Below are positions 16,581 to 24,780 of a stretch of 34,942 nt of DNA, in pieces. Below the pieces are notes generated by a model, which saw only the letters and a program-made list of their open reading frames with translations, had not been told where the DNA came from and made no database searches. The position numbers and the translations under genes are program-made. This DNA comes from an uncultured Spirochaetia bacterium. GTDB taxonomy: Bacteria; Spirochaetota; UBA6919. Numbering within the stretch: the first letter of the stretch is position 1; the number at the start of each line of letters is the position of its first letter. The stretch is from the NCBI GenBank assembly GCA_913053665.1, contig CAJXGR010000002.1, positions 1-34,942 of the forward strand. The letters are read 5' to 3'.

Positions 16581-16622
16581 AAATATACTTATAATTCTTT
16601 TCTATCCCAAATTCTTTTTAGG
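16581..16622 (-). repeat. Copy 2 of the perfect 42-bp direct repeat (upstream of the Uma2 gene)
   Basis: Identical to 15946-15987. The flanking bases differ on both sides. Confidence 0.9.
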
Positions 16623-16673
16623 GATAAACGATTTACTTCTTCCAAATTAGACGAACACCTTGTAACGGGATAT

Positions 16674-17876
16674 TTAACGAGATCTCTGATCCCGTGATTT
16701 CCTATGCCGCTGAATGGATTGAGCCACACTCAAGGCGGCTCCTACAGCGATAATAATGTTAATACCTCCCATCAAATAAGCAATGTTATACCGAATAGAT
16801 GCCCATTTCATAAGAAGATCAGGATATATCGCAGTGATTGCCAGAAGAATGGAGGCTGGAAGGGAAATCCGACCTAACACATTAGTAAGATAAACTCTTA
16901 TTGCCTCTCCAGACTTTATTCCAGGTATCATTCTCCCCTCTTTATCCAATAGATCAATGATAGCACGGGGATTATAATAGATAGTTTTATAGGTAAAATT
17001 GCTGATCAAAGTCATTAAAATTGTAAATACTATGAAATAAAAGATAGCCCCAGGGGATAACGCTCTAGCAATACCGATCAGGATGGGATTGTTAAGATTA
17101 AAGATATTGATAAGTTCTGATGGAATAAGAATAAACCAGGAAGCCAGAGAAATGATCAGTATGTCACTGATGGGATGGACTTTGAACGTGATCTTAGACT
17201 GTCCATCACTTTCTCCTACTGGAACATACCTGGCAGAGAGTTGTCTTCCAACTACTAGGCTGACTAGTAGGATAAATGCTAAAAGAATGATAATAGATTT
17301 TAATCGGCTCATATTACCATCATTCAACAGTTCTTTAAATTGAAGGAGTTCACCAGCGAATCCAGCAAAAAGCATAAGTAAAAAACCATTGCCCAAACCC
17401 CTTTTCGTGATCTGATCAGCCAGCCACACCAAAAACAGAGTCCCCGAAGTCATGATTAATATAAAAGTCAGGGTGAATAATATGTTTAAATCGTCTGGGT
17501 GAAAACCGTGTAAAGAACCCATTGGATCATTGATCATATAATTTCTAAAGAGTATCAACGATCCAATAGACTGAATGACACAAATGATAATCGTTCCATA
17601 TCGAAGATAACGATCCATACTGAGATCGTTAAGAACAGAACGTTTGCGTAAGGATGGAATCAGCATTTTTAAGAACCAGAGAACAGCATAAGCACTAATA
17701 TATGGCCAAATACCTAATGAGAAGAGGGAAAACCTGTCAATAAATGATTCAAATACCCCCCATTGGTCAGTATACATTAATATTGCCGGATCAATGCCGG
17801 GTAAAGGAATCCAGATGCCTATACGATAAATAACTAATGCAAACAAAGTAAAAAGAATACGTTTCGCCAGATCCAT
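16674..17876 (-). CDS. Divergent SecY-family protein-conducting channel paralog (400 aa, 10 TM)
   Basis: AAGGAG RBS. SecY-like blocks run along the entire length: KRILFTLFALVIYRIGIWIPLPGID, FSLGIWPYISA, RYGTIIICVIQSIG, LVWLADQITKRGLGNGFLLMLFAG, YNPRAIIDLLDKEGRMIPGIKSGEAIRVYL. Ten hydrophobic segments. There are no flanking rplO, adk, map or infA genes. Confidence 0.8.
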   Translation of the reverse strand: MDLAKRILFTLFALVIYRIGIWIPLPGIDPAILMYTDQWGVFESFIDRFSLFSLGIWPYISAYAVLWFLKMLIPSLRKRSVLNDLSMDRYLRYGTIIICVIQSIGSLILFRNYMINDPMGSLHGFHPDDLNILFTLTFILIMTSGTLFLVWLADQITKRGLGNGFLLMLFAGFAGELLQFKELLNDGNMSRLKSIIILLAFILLVSLVVGRQLSARYVPVGESDGQSKITFKVHPISDILIISLASWFILIPSELINIFNLNNPILIGIARALSPGAIFYFIVFTILMTLISNFTYKTIYYNPRAIIDLLDKEGRMIPGIKSGEAIRVYLTNVLGRISLPASILLAITAIYPDLLMKWASIRYNIAYLMGGINIIIAVGAALSVAQSIQRHRKSRDQRSR

Positions 17877-17886
17877 TCTACACTCC

Positions 17887-18870
17887 TTACAACCACTTCT
17901 CCCGCTGATACCACTCTAAAGTCTCCCGAAAACCCTCTAACAAGTTGTAACGGGGTATCCAGTCTAGTTCTTCACAAATACGGCTTGAGTCACACAGCCA
18001 GGCGTCCTGGAGCATTTCCTTGACCTTCTGTGAGTTGAGGAGAGCCGGCTTCTTAGTGAGCCTGGAGACCCTGTCATTGATCCAGCCTAAGGTTTTAGGG
18101 ATCACAATGGGTAGCTTGACGGTGAGAGCCTTTTTCTGATAAACCTCACTGGCTGTTTGGGTAATGTCAGGCCAGCCATAGATATGGCCGTCCGTGACAA
18201 AATACGTCCTGCCGGATGGAGGCTTTTTTTCGATCACCCTAATGATACTCTCCACAAAGTCATGGACATGGATCATGTTGACTTTCATCGTTCCACTCCC
18301 GATGAGAAGACTCAAGTGATACTTCAACAGTTTAAAGAGCGGGTAGAACTCATGATCCCGTGGGCCGTAAATAGAACAGGGTCTTAAGAGGGTGACGGGA
18401 AAGTCATCCTGATATTGAAGGACTTCTTTTTCAGCTTCCAGTTTGGTGATGCCGTAATCCGTGATGGGGTGACAGGGGGAATCTTCAGTGAGAGGGATAA
18501 AGTCATGGGAAGAACCGACCGCGGCTTGACTAGAAACAAAGATAAAGCGATTGAGTGAACTGTTTCCCTTTGCCTCTCGCAATAAAGAGGAGGTCGGGAG
18601 GACGTTCCCTTTGTGGTAGTCATGATAGTTTAAGGCTTTAGTGACACCGGCACAGTGGACAAGGACATCCACCCCCTGAACCAGCTTACTCACGCTGTAG
18701 GAGTCTTCCCAGTCCACTAATCGGGTCTCAATAGCAGATGAGTCCAGCCACTTGGAAGAACTCTGTCGACGCAGGCTAACGATCACCTCATAGCCTTTCT
18801 GGATAAGCCTTTCAACGAGGTGGCTTCCTACAAAGCCTGTGGCTCCGGTCACTAATACCTTTGGCTTCAT
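17887..18870 (-). CDS. NAD(P)-dependent epimerase/dehydratase family SDR
   Basis: VTGATGFVGSHL, SSQAAVG, YGITKLEAE (YxxxK). 327 aa. Confidence 0.85.
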   Translation of the reverse strand: MKPKVLVTGATGFVGSHLVERLIQKGYEVIVSLRRQSSSKWLDSSAIETRLVDWEDSYSVSKLVQGVDVLVHCAGVTKALNYHDYHKGNVLPTSSLLREAKGNSSLNRFIFVSSQAAVGSSHDFIPLTEDSPCHPITDYGITKLEAEKEVLQYQDDFPVTLLRPCSIYGPRDHEFYPLFKLLKYHLSLLIGSGTMKVNMIHVHDFVESIIRVIEKKPPSGRTYFVTDGHIYGWPDITQTASEVYQKKALTVKLPIVIPKTLGWINDRVSRLTKKPALLNSQKVKEMLQDAWLCDSSRICEELDWIPRYNLLEGFRETLEWYQREKWL

Positions 18871-18886
18871 AGGATTGCTATAAACT

Positions 18887-20215
18887 TTAGAAGCTCAATA
18901 ACTTATGAGCCTGTAGCAATGAGGGCTTGATGTCCACTCCAAAGGGACACACATGTCTGCAAGGCTCAGAGCAGGTTGCACAATAGACAGCCTGATTTTT
19001 CTTTTCCAGAAGGACTTTATAGGAAAGTATGGCTTTCTTTTCCATACCAAAGTTCTCATACTGAGCGCGATAACGTAAAATATCAGGAATCGCTACATTG
19101 AAGATGCAGACAGGGAGGCACACGTCACAAGCTCGGCAGTAGGAGTGTCCCCATTGTTCTGACACGGCTTTCTGATAGGAGCTTAAAACACTGGTATTGC
19201 CTGAACCACCCTTTGCGGCTCCCGCATATCGTTCCAATTCGCTGAAGTTCCGTATAGGGGCTCTCACACTACTAATCTTATCGTTTTCAAGGATCCAGCT
19301 GATGGACGCTTCCCGAAAGCCTTTATCCAAATCTCGTTTGGTTACGTCAAATCCCCCGGCAAAGGGTTCCGAAGCAATGATCCCAATGTTTTTTTCTTTC
19401 GCTTTATCAAACAAATCGGAGTATTGAAAGAATCGGGACTCATAGCGATCGTTCTGTCTGACGTAGTTGTAGTATAGCATGAGGACGTCAAACTTGCCCC
19501 CGTCAATGGCTTTCTTCACCACTTCCTTCATGTCCCCGTTATAACTGGTCAGGCCAAGATGTTTCACCATTCCCTTTTCTTTAGCCTTCTCAAAGGCTGA
19601 GTGGAGCATAGGGTTTGTGACCCGATGGATTCCTCCCACCCCGTGTATGTAGAGAATATCCACATAATCCGTCTGAAGTCGTTTGAGACTCTTCTCGATG
19701 GAGGCCAGCATCTTCTCTTCCGTCCCTCCATAGGTCGGATCTTCGTCCTCAATGGGTAACTTGGTGGATATGATGAGGTTTTCCCGAGAACTTTTGTTCT
19801 TTTTCAGGTACTCACCAATCAGTTCTTCACTTTGACCCGCATAATACTTGGGTGCTGTATCGATACAGTTGATACCCATGTCAATCGCGGCCTCAAGGAC
19901 TTTCTTGTCGGTGATCAGGTGAGCACCAAAGGTCAGGGCAGATATTTCACCCACCTTCCCCAATTTTCTGGGGGCCAAGCCTGCTGATGAGCTTTCATCA
20001 TTACTCGAATCGTCGTCGTCATCACCCTCATCATCATCATCGTCACCTTCGTCATCCTGGGCTCTTAGGGTATTAGCCGCTATAAAGGGCAGGATGCCGC
20101 CAATCGTTGCGAGGGACGCTTTCTTGATAAAGTCCCTTCGGGGCAGTTCTTTTTTAGTTAATTCCTCTTCCAAATTGCTTTTTTTATCTTCGTTTTGTAC
20201 TTTTCCCTCTTCCAT
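18887..20215 (-). CDS. Tat-signal aldo/keto reductase with a C-terminal Cys-rich 4Fe-4S-type domain
   Basis: AGGAGG RBS. Twin-arginine motif PRRDFIKKASLATIGG, a poly-acidic linker, an AKR core (CIDTAPKYYAGQSEELIGEYL, YVDILYIHG), and C-terminal CRACDVCLPVC ... CATCSEPCRHVCP. Confidence 0.8.
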   Translation of the reverse strand: MEEGKVQNEDKKSNLEEELTKKELPRRDFIKKASLATIGGILPFIAANTLRAQDDEGDDDDDEGDDDDDSSNDESSSAGLAPRKLGKVGEISALTFGAHLITDKKVLEAAIDMGINCIDTAPKYYAGQSEELIGEYLKKNKSSRENLIISTKLPIEDEDPTYGGTEEKMLASIEKSLKRLQTDYVDILYIHGVGGIHRVTNPMLHSAFEKAKEKGMVKHLGLTSYNGDMKEVVKKAIDGGKFDVLMLYYNYVRQNDRYESRFFQYSDLFDKAKEKNIGIIASEPFAGGFDVTKRDLDKGFREASISWILENDKISSVRAPIRNFSELERYAGAAKGGSGNTSVLSSYQKAVSEQWGHSYCRACDVCLPVCIFNVAIPDILRYRAQYENFGMEKKAILSYKVLLEKKNQAVYCATCSEPCRHVCPFGVDIKPSLLQAHKLLSF

Positions 20216-20284
20216 TATGGGAATCCTCCTGTTTTATCATCATGATAGGGGTTTTAAAAAATAAGTTCACCTTCCATCTTCACT

Positions 20285-22021
20285 CTAATAATGAATATAA
20301 AATGGCATCAAAGTGGCCACTCTTTCCTTTGAAAAGATCCTCTGAATGTACTTCAGGTAAATAATGAGTGGTTTCGCAAAGATTTGCATGCTTTCAATTT
20401 CTCTCTCTAGCTGTTGTTTCATAAAGAGATTAGAACTTAATAATTCCATAAAGCTCTTCTGTTCAGGATAGGTGACAATCTCCAGCTTATTATTAAAGTC
20501 TCGTACTTTTTTACGTGCCAAGCGGATAGCAAAGTCGATCCCACCTAATTGATCCACCAGACCAACCTTCAGGGCTTGAGTGCCGGTGTAGATCTTGCCC
20601 TGGGCGTGGACGTTCATTTTCTTGATCGTCATCTTTCGCCCTTGAGCGGCTTTTCGGACAAAAGTTTTATAGGTTTCAAGCATTTGCTTGGCGATCAATT
20701 TGTTTTCTTCAGGCGTAAAATTGCGATAATCCGTGAATAGGTCGGCGTATTTGCCTCTTTTGAAGATTTCTTTATTGAGCCCAACCTTGTTATAGAGGCC
20801 CTTTAAGTTGAACTTCCCTCCAACAACACCAATGGAGCCTGTGATAGTGGTCGAATTAGCAATAATAGTGGGACAAGCCATAGCAATATAATACCCTCCC
20901 GAGGCCGCCACATCCGAAAGACTGGCAATCACAGGTTTAGCCTGACTCAATAGACGCACCTCTCGCCAAAGTATGTCTGAAGCAAGGGCAGATCCTCCAG
21001 GGCTATTAATCCTTATGACAACAGCCTTTACCTTGGGATCTTTTCTCACCTGCCTTAAGATAGCTGTAAAGTCATCGCTTCCAATGGCATTGCTCCCACC
21101 GAAAAGGCTTCTTTTGCTTTTCCCTGATATAATCGTCCCTTCCATATAGATAATAGCAATCTTGGGGGCGTTACTCTTTTTAGGAGGCTTCTTGTAGAGC
21201 ATCATGAGGAGTTCCATACTACTGGGTTTTCTGGCTCGACCGGATCTCTTGTTGTTTTGGTAACTGGCAAGAACCCCTCCATTTTTTTGGACTATCTCCT
21301 CAAACTTGTCCTCATAGAGGAATCCGTCTATCAATTTGGCTTTCTTAGCCTCTGCAGCACTGAAAAAACCACGATCCACAAGTTTTAAGACCCTCCCTTT
21401 AGAGATTTTCCTACCCTCAGCAATAATACTCACAAACTCATCAAATAACCCATCTAATAGGAAGTTAATGGACTCCTTCTGGTATTTGGAGGCCCTGGAA
21501 CGAGTGTATATTTCACTGGCTGATTTATAATTACCCATTTGGTGGAAGTTGGGAGAGACTCCCAGCATATTAAAGGTATTTTTGAGAAAGACAAGCTCCA
21601 AGGCAATTCCACTTAGATCCACTCCCCCTTGAGGGGATACATAAAGGCGATTGGCAACAGAGGCTAATAGATAGTCTGTTTTGGAGAAGGTTTCGCTAAA
21701 GGCGTATATAGTTTTACCTTGATTCTTAAAGGCCTTCAAAGCCTCCCTTAGCTCTTGAAGCTTAGCCAGACCCAGTCGAGGGGATTTAATTTTAAGGACA
21801 ATACCTTTGACCGACGCGTCTCTTTTGGCTCTGTTGATAATGGTTAAGAGGGCCCTTAGGCTGTTGTTTTTTGCACCCATAAAGCTAGAGACACGGATGT
21901 CGTCTTGAATGAGGCCTTCAACGGTGATGGGAAGGAACTTCGCATTATTGGCCCTTAAAAAGCTGGACAAAAGGGTTAATGAAAGAATGAAAGACATGAG
22001 GAACAATTTCTTATAGATCAC
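20285..22021 (-). CDS. sppA: Signal peptide peptidase SppA, 67K two-domain type (S49)
   Basis: Signal/anchor peptide and two S49 halves, with INSPGGSALASD and DVAASGGYYIAMA motifs in the second half. 578 aa. GTG start with an AGGA RBS. Confidence 0.85.
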   Translation of the reverse strand: MIYKKLFLMSFILSLTLLSSFLRANNAKFLPITVEGLIQDDIRVSSFMGAKNNSLRALLTIINRAKRDASVKGIVLKIKSPRLGLAKLQELREALKAFKNQGKTIYAFSETFSKTDYLLASVANRLYVSPQGGVDLSGIALELVFLKNTFNMLGVSPNFHQMGNYKSASEIYTRSRASKYQKESINFLLDGLFDEFVSIIAEGRKISKGRVLKLVDRGFFSAAEAKKAKLIDGFLYEDKFEEIVQKNGGVLASYQNNKRSGRARKPSSMELLMMLYKKPPKKSNAPKIAIIYMEGTIISGKSKRSLFGGSNAIGSDDFTAILRQVRKDPKVKAVVIRINSPGGSALASDILWREVRLLSQAKPVIASLSDVAASGGYYIAMACPTIIANSTTITGSIGVVGGKFNLKGLYNKVGLNKEIFKRGKYADLFTDYRNFTPEENKLIAKQMLETYKTFVRKAAQGRKMTIKKMNVHAQGKIYTGTQALKVGLVDQLGGIDFAIRLARKKVRDFNNKLEIVTYPEQKSFMELLSSNLFMKQQLEREIESMQIFAKPLIIYLKYIQRIFSKERVATLMPFYIHY

Positions 22022-22250
22022 TGAGCCATCCTATACGTAGACTTTCAAGAAGATGTAAATTACCAGCATTAAGAATGTATTATGAAAGGTAAAGAATGTC
22101 AAGCACATATCCTTGATTTTAAGTTAAAATAGACAGAAATCCACCCAAGGTCAAGTGAAAATAACGAAAAAAATAAATGAACGTTTCACCCCAAATGATT
22201 CTAACCCAGTAATATTGGAATGAACATAAATGCCCACTGATTCAAAGACC

Positions 22251-22520
22251 TCAAAAATAGGCAACAGAACAGGGATTCCGTGTTAAAAGCCAAGCTCTTT
22301 GCTCATAATTGCGTTGTTTTTTAAGCCAATTTGCATGAAACTCTGTTTGATTATTCAAAACATCAATACTATAAATACCTGTAGACTCAATACAGAAGTG
22401 GACTTCACTAATATTATATTTCCTGGCCTGTCTATTCGTCCATTTTTCAAGGGCTAAAAAACTCTTAACGATGATTAAGGTTGACAGGATCCGTGGGTTT
22501 TTATTATACTTATGTATCAT
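22251..22520 (-). pseudogene. Possible relic of an IS110-family transposase N-terminal domain
   Basis: FLALEKWTNRQARKYNISEVHFCIESTGIYSIDV resembles the IS110 DEDD-domain stretch (...l..wl......v.v.mEaTG.Y...l). The first GIDVSK-type motif and the entire C-terminal domain are missing. Confidence 0.3.
22481..22510 (+). promoter_or_regulatory. Sigma70-type promoter candidate for aroC
   Basis: TTGACA (22481-22486), an 18-nt spacer, and TATACT (22505-22510). The -10 element ends 36 nt before the aroC ATG. Confidence 0.4.
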
Positions 22521-22546
22521 ACTGAGACAGTTGGATAAAAAGCCCT

Positions 22547-23641
22547 ATGAGCAGTAGTTTTGGCCATCTATTTAAAGTGACAACCTGGGGAGAGTCCCAC
22601 GGGAAGGGTGTTGGGGTGGTTGTGGACGGCTGCCTTCCTAATATTCCCCTTTCAGAAGAAGATATTCAGGTCGAGTTGGATAAACGGAAACCCGGTCAAA
22701 GTAAAGTGACGACCTCCAGAAAAGAAAGCGACACCATTGAAATACAATCAGGGGTCTTTGAAGGACGTACCACAGGCACTCCCATCTCCATGTGGGTCAG
22801 AAACGATGACCAGAAAAGTAAAAGCTATAGTAATATCAAAGACCTCTTTAGACCTGGTCACGCTGATTACTGCTATTTCAAGAAATACGGCATTCGAGAT
22901 CATAGGGGAGGGGGACGGTCTTCCGGACGGGAAACAGTCGCTCGTGTGGCCTCCGGAGCTATTGCTAAAAAGATACTCCAGTTGGAGGGCATCCAGGTTC
23001 ATGCTTTCACAAAGTCCATTGGTGATATTCATATCCATCAAATATCTCTTGATGAGGTTTACAATAATCCCGTTCGCTCCCCCGACCCTTCAGTGGCTGA
23101 TGAAATGGAAGAACTTATCCTGCAAGTGCGAAAGGAACAAAGTTCCATAGGGGGCGTGGTGGAGTGTATAGCTTTTAACGTGCCTCCTGGTCTCGGTGAA
23201 CCTACCTTTGATAAGCTGGATGCGGATATTGCAAAGGCTATGATGAGTATTGGTGCTGTCAAAGGGATAGAAATTGGAGACGGCTTTCAGCTTTCCCGGA
23301 TGAGAGGAGAAGAAGCCAATGATGCCTTTATCAACCGTGATGGGAAAATCCTCACAGAGACCAACCATTGCGGGGGAATCCTTGGGGGTATATCCACCGG
23401 GATGCCCATCATCGTGCGGGTGGCTGTGAAACCCACGTCTTCCCTGGCTCGAGAACAGCAAACAGTCAATACAAAGGGAGAATCGGCGGTTATATCCACC
23501 AAAGGAAGGCATGATCCCTGTATCGTCCCTCGTATTGTCCCTGTCATAGAGAGTATGATGGCCCTTGTCCTTTGTGACCATCTACTAAGACAGAAGGCTC
23601 TGCTTTCTCAGTCAGCTTCTCAAAGGGATGGGTCAATTTGA
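22547..23641 (+). CDS. aroC: Chorismate synthase
   Basis: FGHLFKVTTWGESHGKGVGVVVDGCLP, RPGHADY, GGGRSSGRETVARVA, GRHDPCIVPR. Confidence 0.95.
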   Translation: MSSSFGHLFKVTTWGESHGKGVGVVVDGCLPNIPLSEEDIQVELDKRKPGQSKVTTSRKESDTIEIQSGVFEGRTTGTPISMWVRNDDQKSKSYSNIKDLFRPGHADYCYFKKYGIRDHRGGGRSSGRETVARVASGAIAKKILQLEGIQVHAFTKSIGDIHIHQISLDEVYNNPVRSPDPSVADEMEELILQVRKEQSSIGGVVECIAFNVPPGLGEPTFDKLDADIAKAMMSIGAVKGIEIGDGFQLSRMRGEEANDAFINRDGKILTETNHCGGILGGISTGMPIIVRVAVKPTSSLAREQQTVNTKGESAVISTKGRHDPCIVPRIVPVIESMMALVLCDHLLRQKALLSQSASQRDGSI

Positions 23642-23848
23642 CGCACACCGACCCCATGATTATGGACTGAAATGGTCTATTTTAACACAAGCCCCTTTTA
23701 GAGCATTCCTCCTGAATGGACGATACAGATATAAATCATTATGGAATTGTTAGTTATAATTATTGTCAAGAAGATCATTAATTGGCATATAATTTGCAGA
23801 ACCTATTCGCAAGACCCAATTGCCATCTCTTTGAATTGGAGGAAAAAG

Positions 23849-24772
23849 ATGACGAAAAGTAAAACAGTTAAAAAGACAAAAAGTCAAACAGTTAAAAAGA
23901 CGAAAAGTCAAAACTGGGAACAGGCGTTGGACGCCAATTCTCTAAAGACCTACATTCAGGAAATTGATAAAATTAGCATTTTAACAAAAGATGAAGAAGA
24001 TAGATTAGCCAAAAGCATGAGTGAAGGGAGTTTAGATGCCCGAAATAATCTCATCGCTGCCAATCTCCGCTTTGTAGTGAGTATCGCCAAGCATTATATA
24101 AATAAAGGCGTCCCCTTCCTCGATCTCATCAACGAAGGAAATATGGGGCTGATTCTGGCCTGCGATAAGTTTGACTATAGAAAAGGCTATCGATTCATTT
24201 CTTACGCCGTATGGTGGATCAGACAGTACATCGCCAAGGCTTTCGCTGAGCAGGTAGGACTGATCCGTCTTCCCATGAACCGGGCTTTACAGCATTTCAA
24301 GATTAAAACTCTCATTAATGAGACGGATTTTGCTCAGCAGGGAGAAACCTTATCCCACTCTGAAATCGCTAATAAGCTGGATATGAAGGAAAACGAAGTG
24401 GACGCGATCATGAGAGCCACCAGAAAGTACGTCTCAATCGATGCCCCCATCAATAATGATAAAAGTGACAAAAAGACCATCTTCCTGGAAGACGTTTTAC
24501 TCGACACTAAAAGCAAACTTCCTGAGGAAGAGATGTTGGATAAACACTTAAAGGATAGTATCAATGATACTTTAAAGACTCTATCCGAGAAAGAGCAGAT
24601 CATTATCAACTATCGATTTGGTCTAAACGGTATGGAAGCCTTGTCTTTGAGCGAAATCGGGAATAAGTTTAACGTGACCAAAGAAAGGATCAGGCAAATT
24701 GAGAAGCGAGCGATCAAAAAGTTAAAGCAGCCTTTTATCAGCCAAAACCTGAAGGCTTTTATGGCGGCTTAA
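23849..24772 (+). CDS. RpoD/RpoS-like sigma-70 family factor (regions 1.2-4) with a Lys-rich repeat N-terminus
   Basis: GGAGG RBS before the ATG at 23849. YIQEIDKISILTKDEE (region 1.2), DLINEGNMGLILACDKFDYRKGYRFISYAVWWIRQ (region 2), LSLSEIGNKFNVTKERIRQIEKRAIKKLK (region 4.2). Confidence 0.85.
   Translation: MTKSKTVKKTKSQTVKKTKSQNWEQALDANSLKTYIQEIDKISILTKDEEDRLAKSMSEGSLDARNNLIAANLRFVVSIAKHYINKGVPFLDLINEGNMGLILACDKFDYRKGYRFISYAVWWIRQYIAKAFAEQVGLIRLPMNRALQHFKIKTLINETDFAQQGETLSHSEIANKLDMKENEVDAIMRATRKYVSIDAPINNDKSDKKTIFLEDVLLDTKSKLPEEEMLDKHLKDSINDTLKTLSEKEQIIINYRFGLNGMEALSLSEIGNKFNVTKERIRQIEKRAIKKLKQPFISQNLKAFMAA
23852..23914 (+). repeat. 24-nt tandem repeat, about 2.6 copies, encoding TKS(K/Q)TVKK
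   Basis: acgaaaagtaaaacagttaaaaag / acaaaaagtcaaacagttaaaaag / acgaaaagtcaaaac. Confidence 0.85.
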
Positions 24773-24780
24773 TCCCTCCC

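Noticed and set aside
22737-23581. Five nested or antisense ORFs (60-163 aa) inside aroC
   Set aside because: They all overlap the unambiguous chorismate synthase frame. Their translations are low-complexity with no motifs. They are treated as shadow ORFs. The same applies to the antisense ORFs inside the permease, SDR, SppA, Maf and radical SAM genes.
23741-23848. N-terminal 36-codon extension of the sigma factor ORF
   Set aside because: The extension is hydrophobic and AT-rich (MELLVIIIVKKIINW...) and lacks an RBS. The ATG at 23849 follows a GGAGG.
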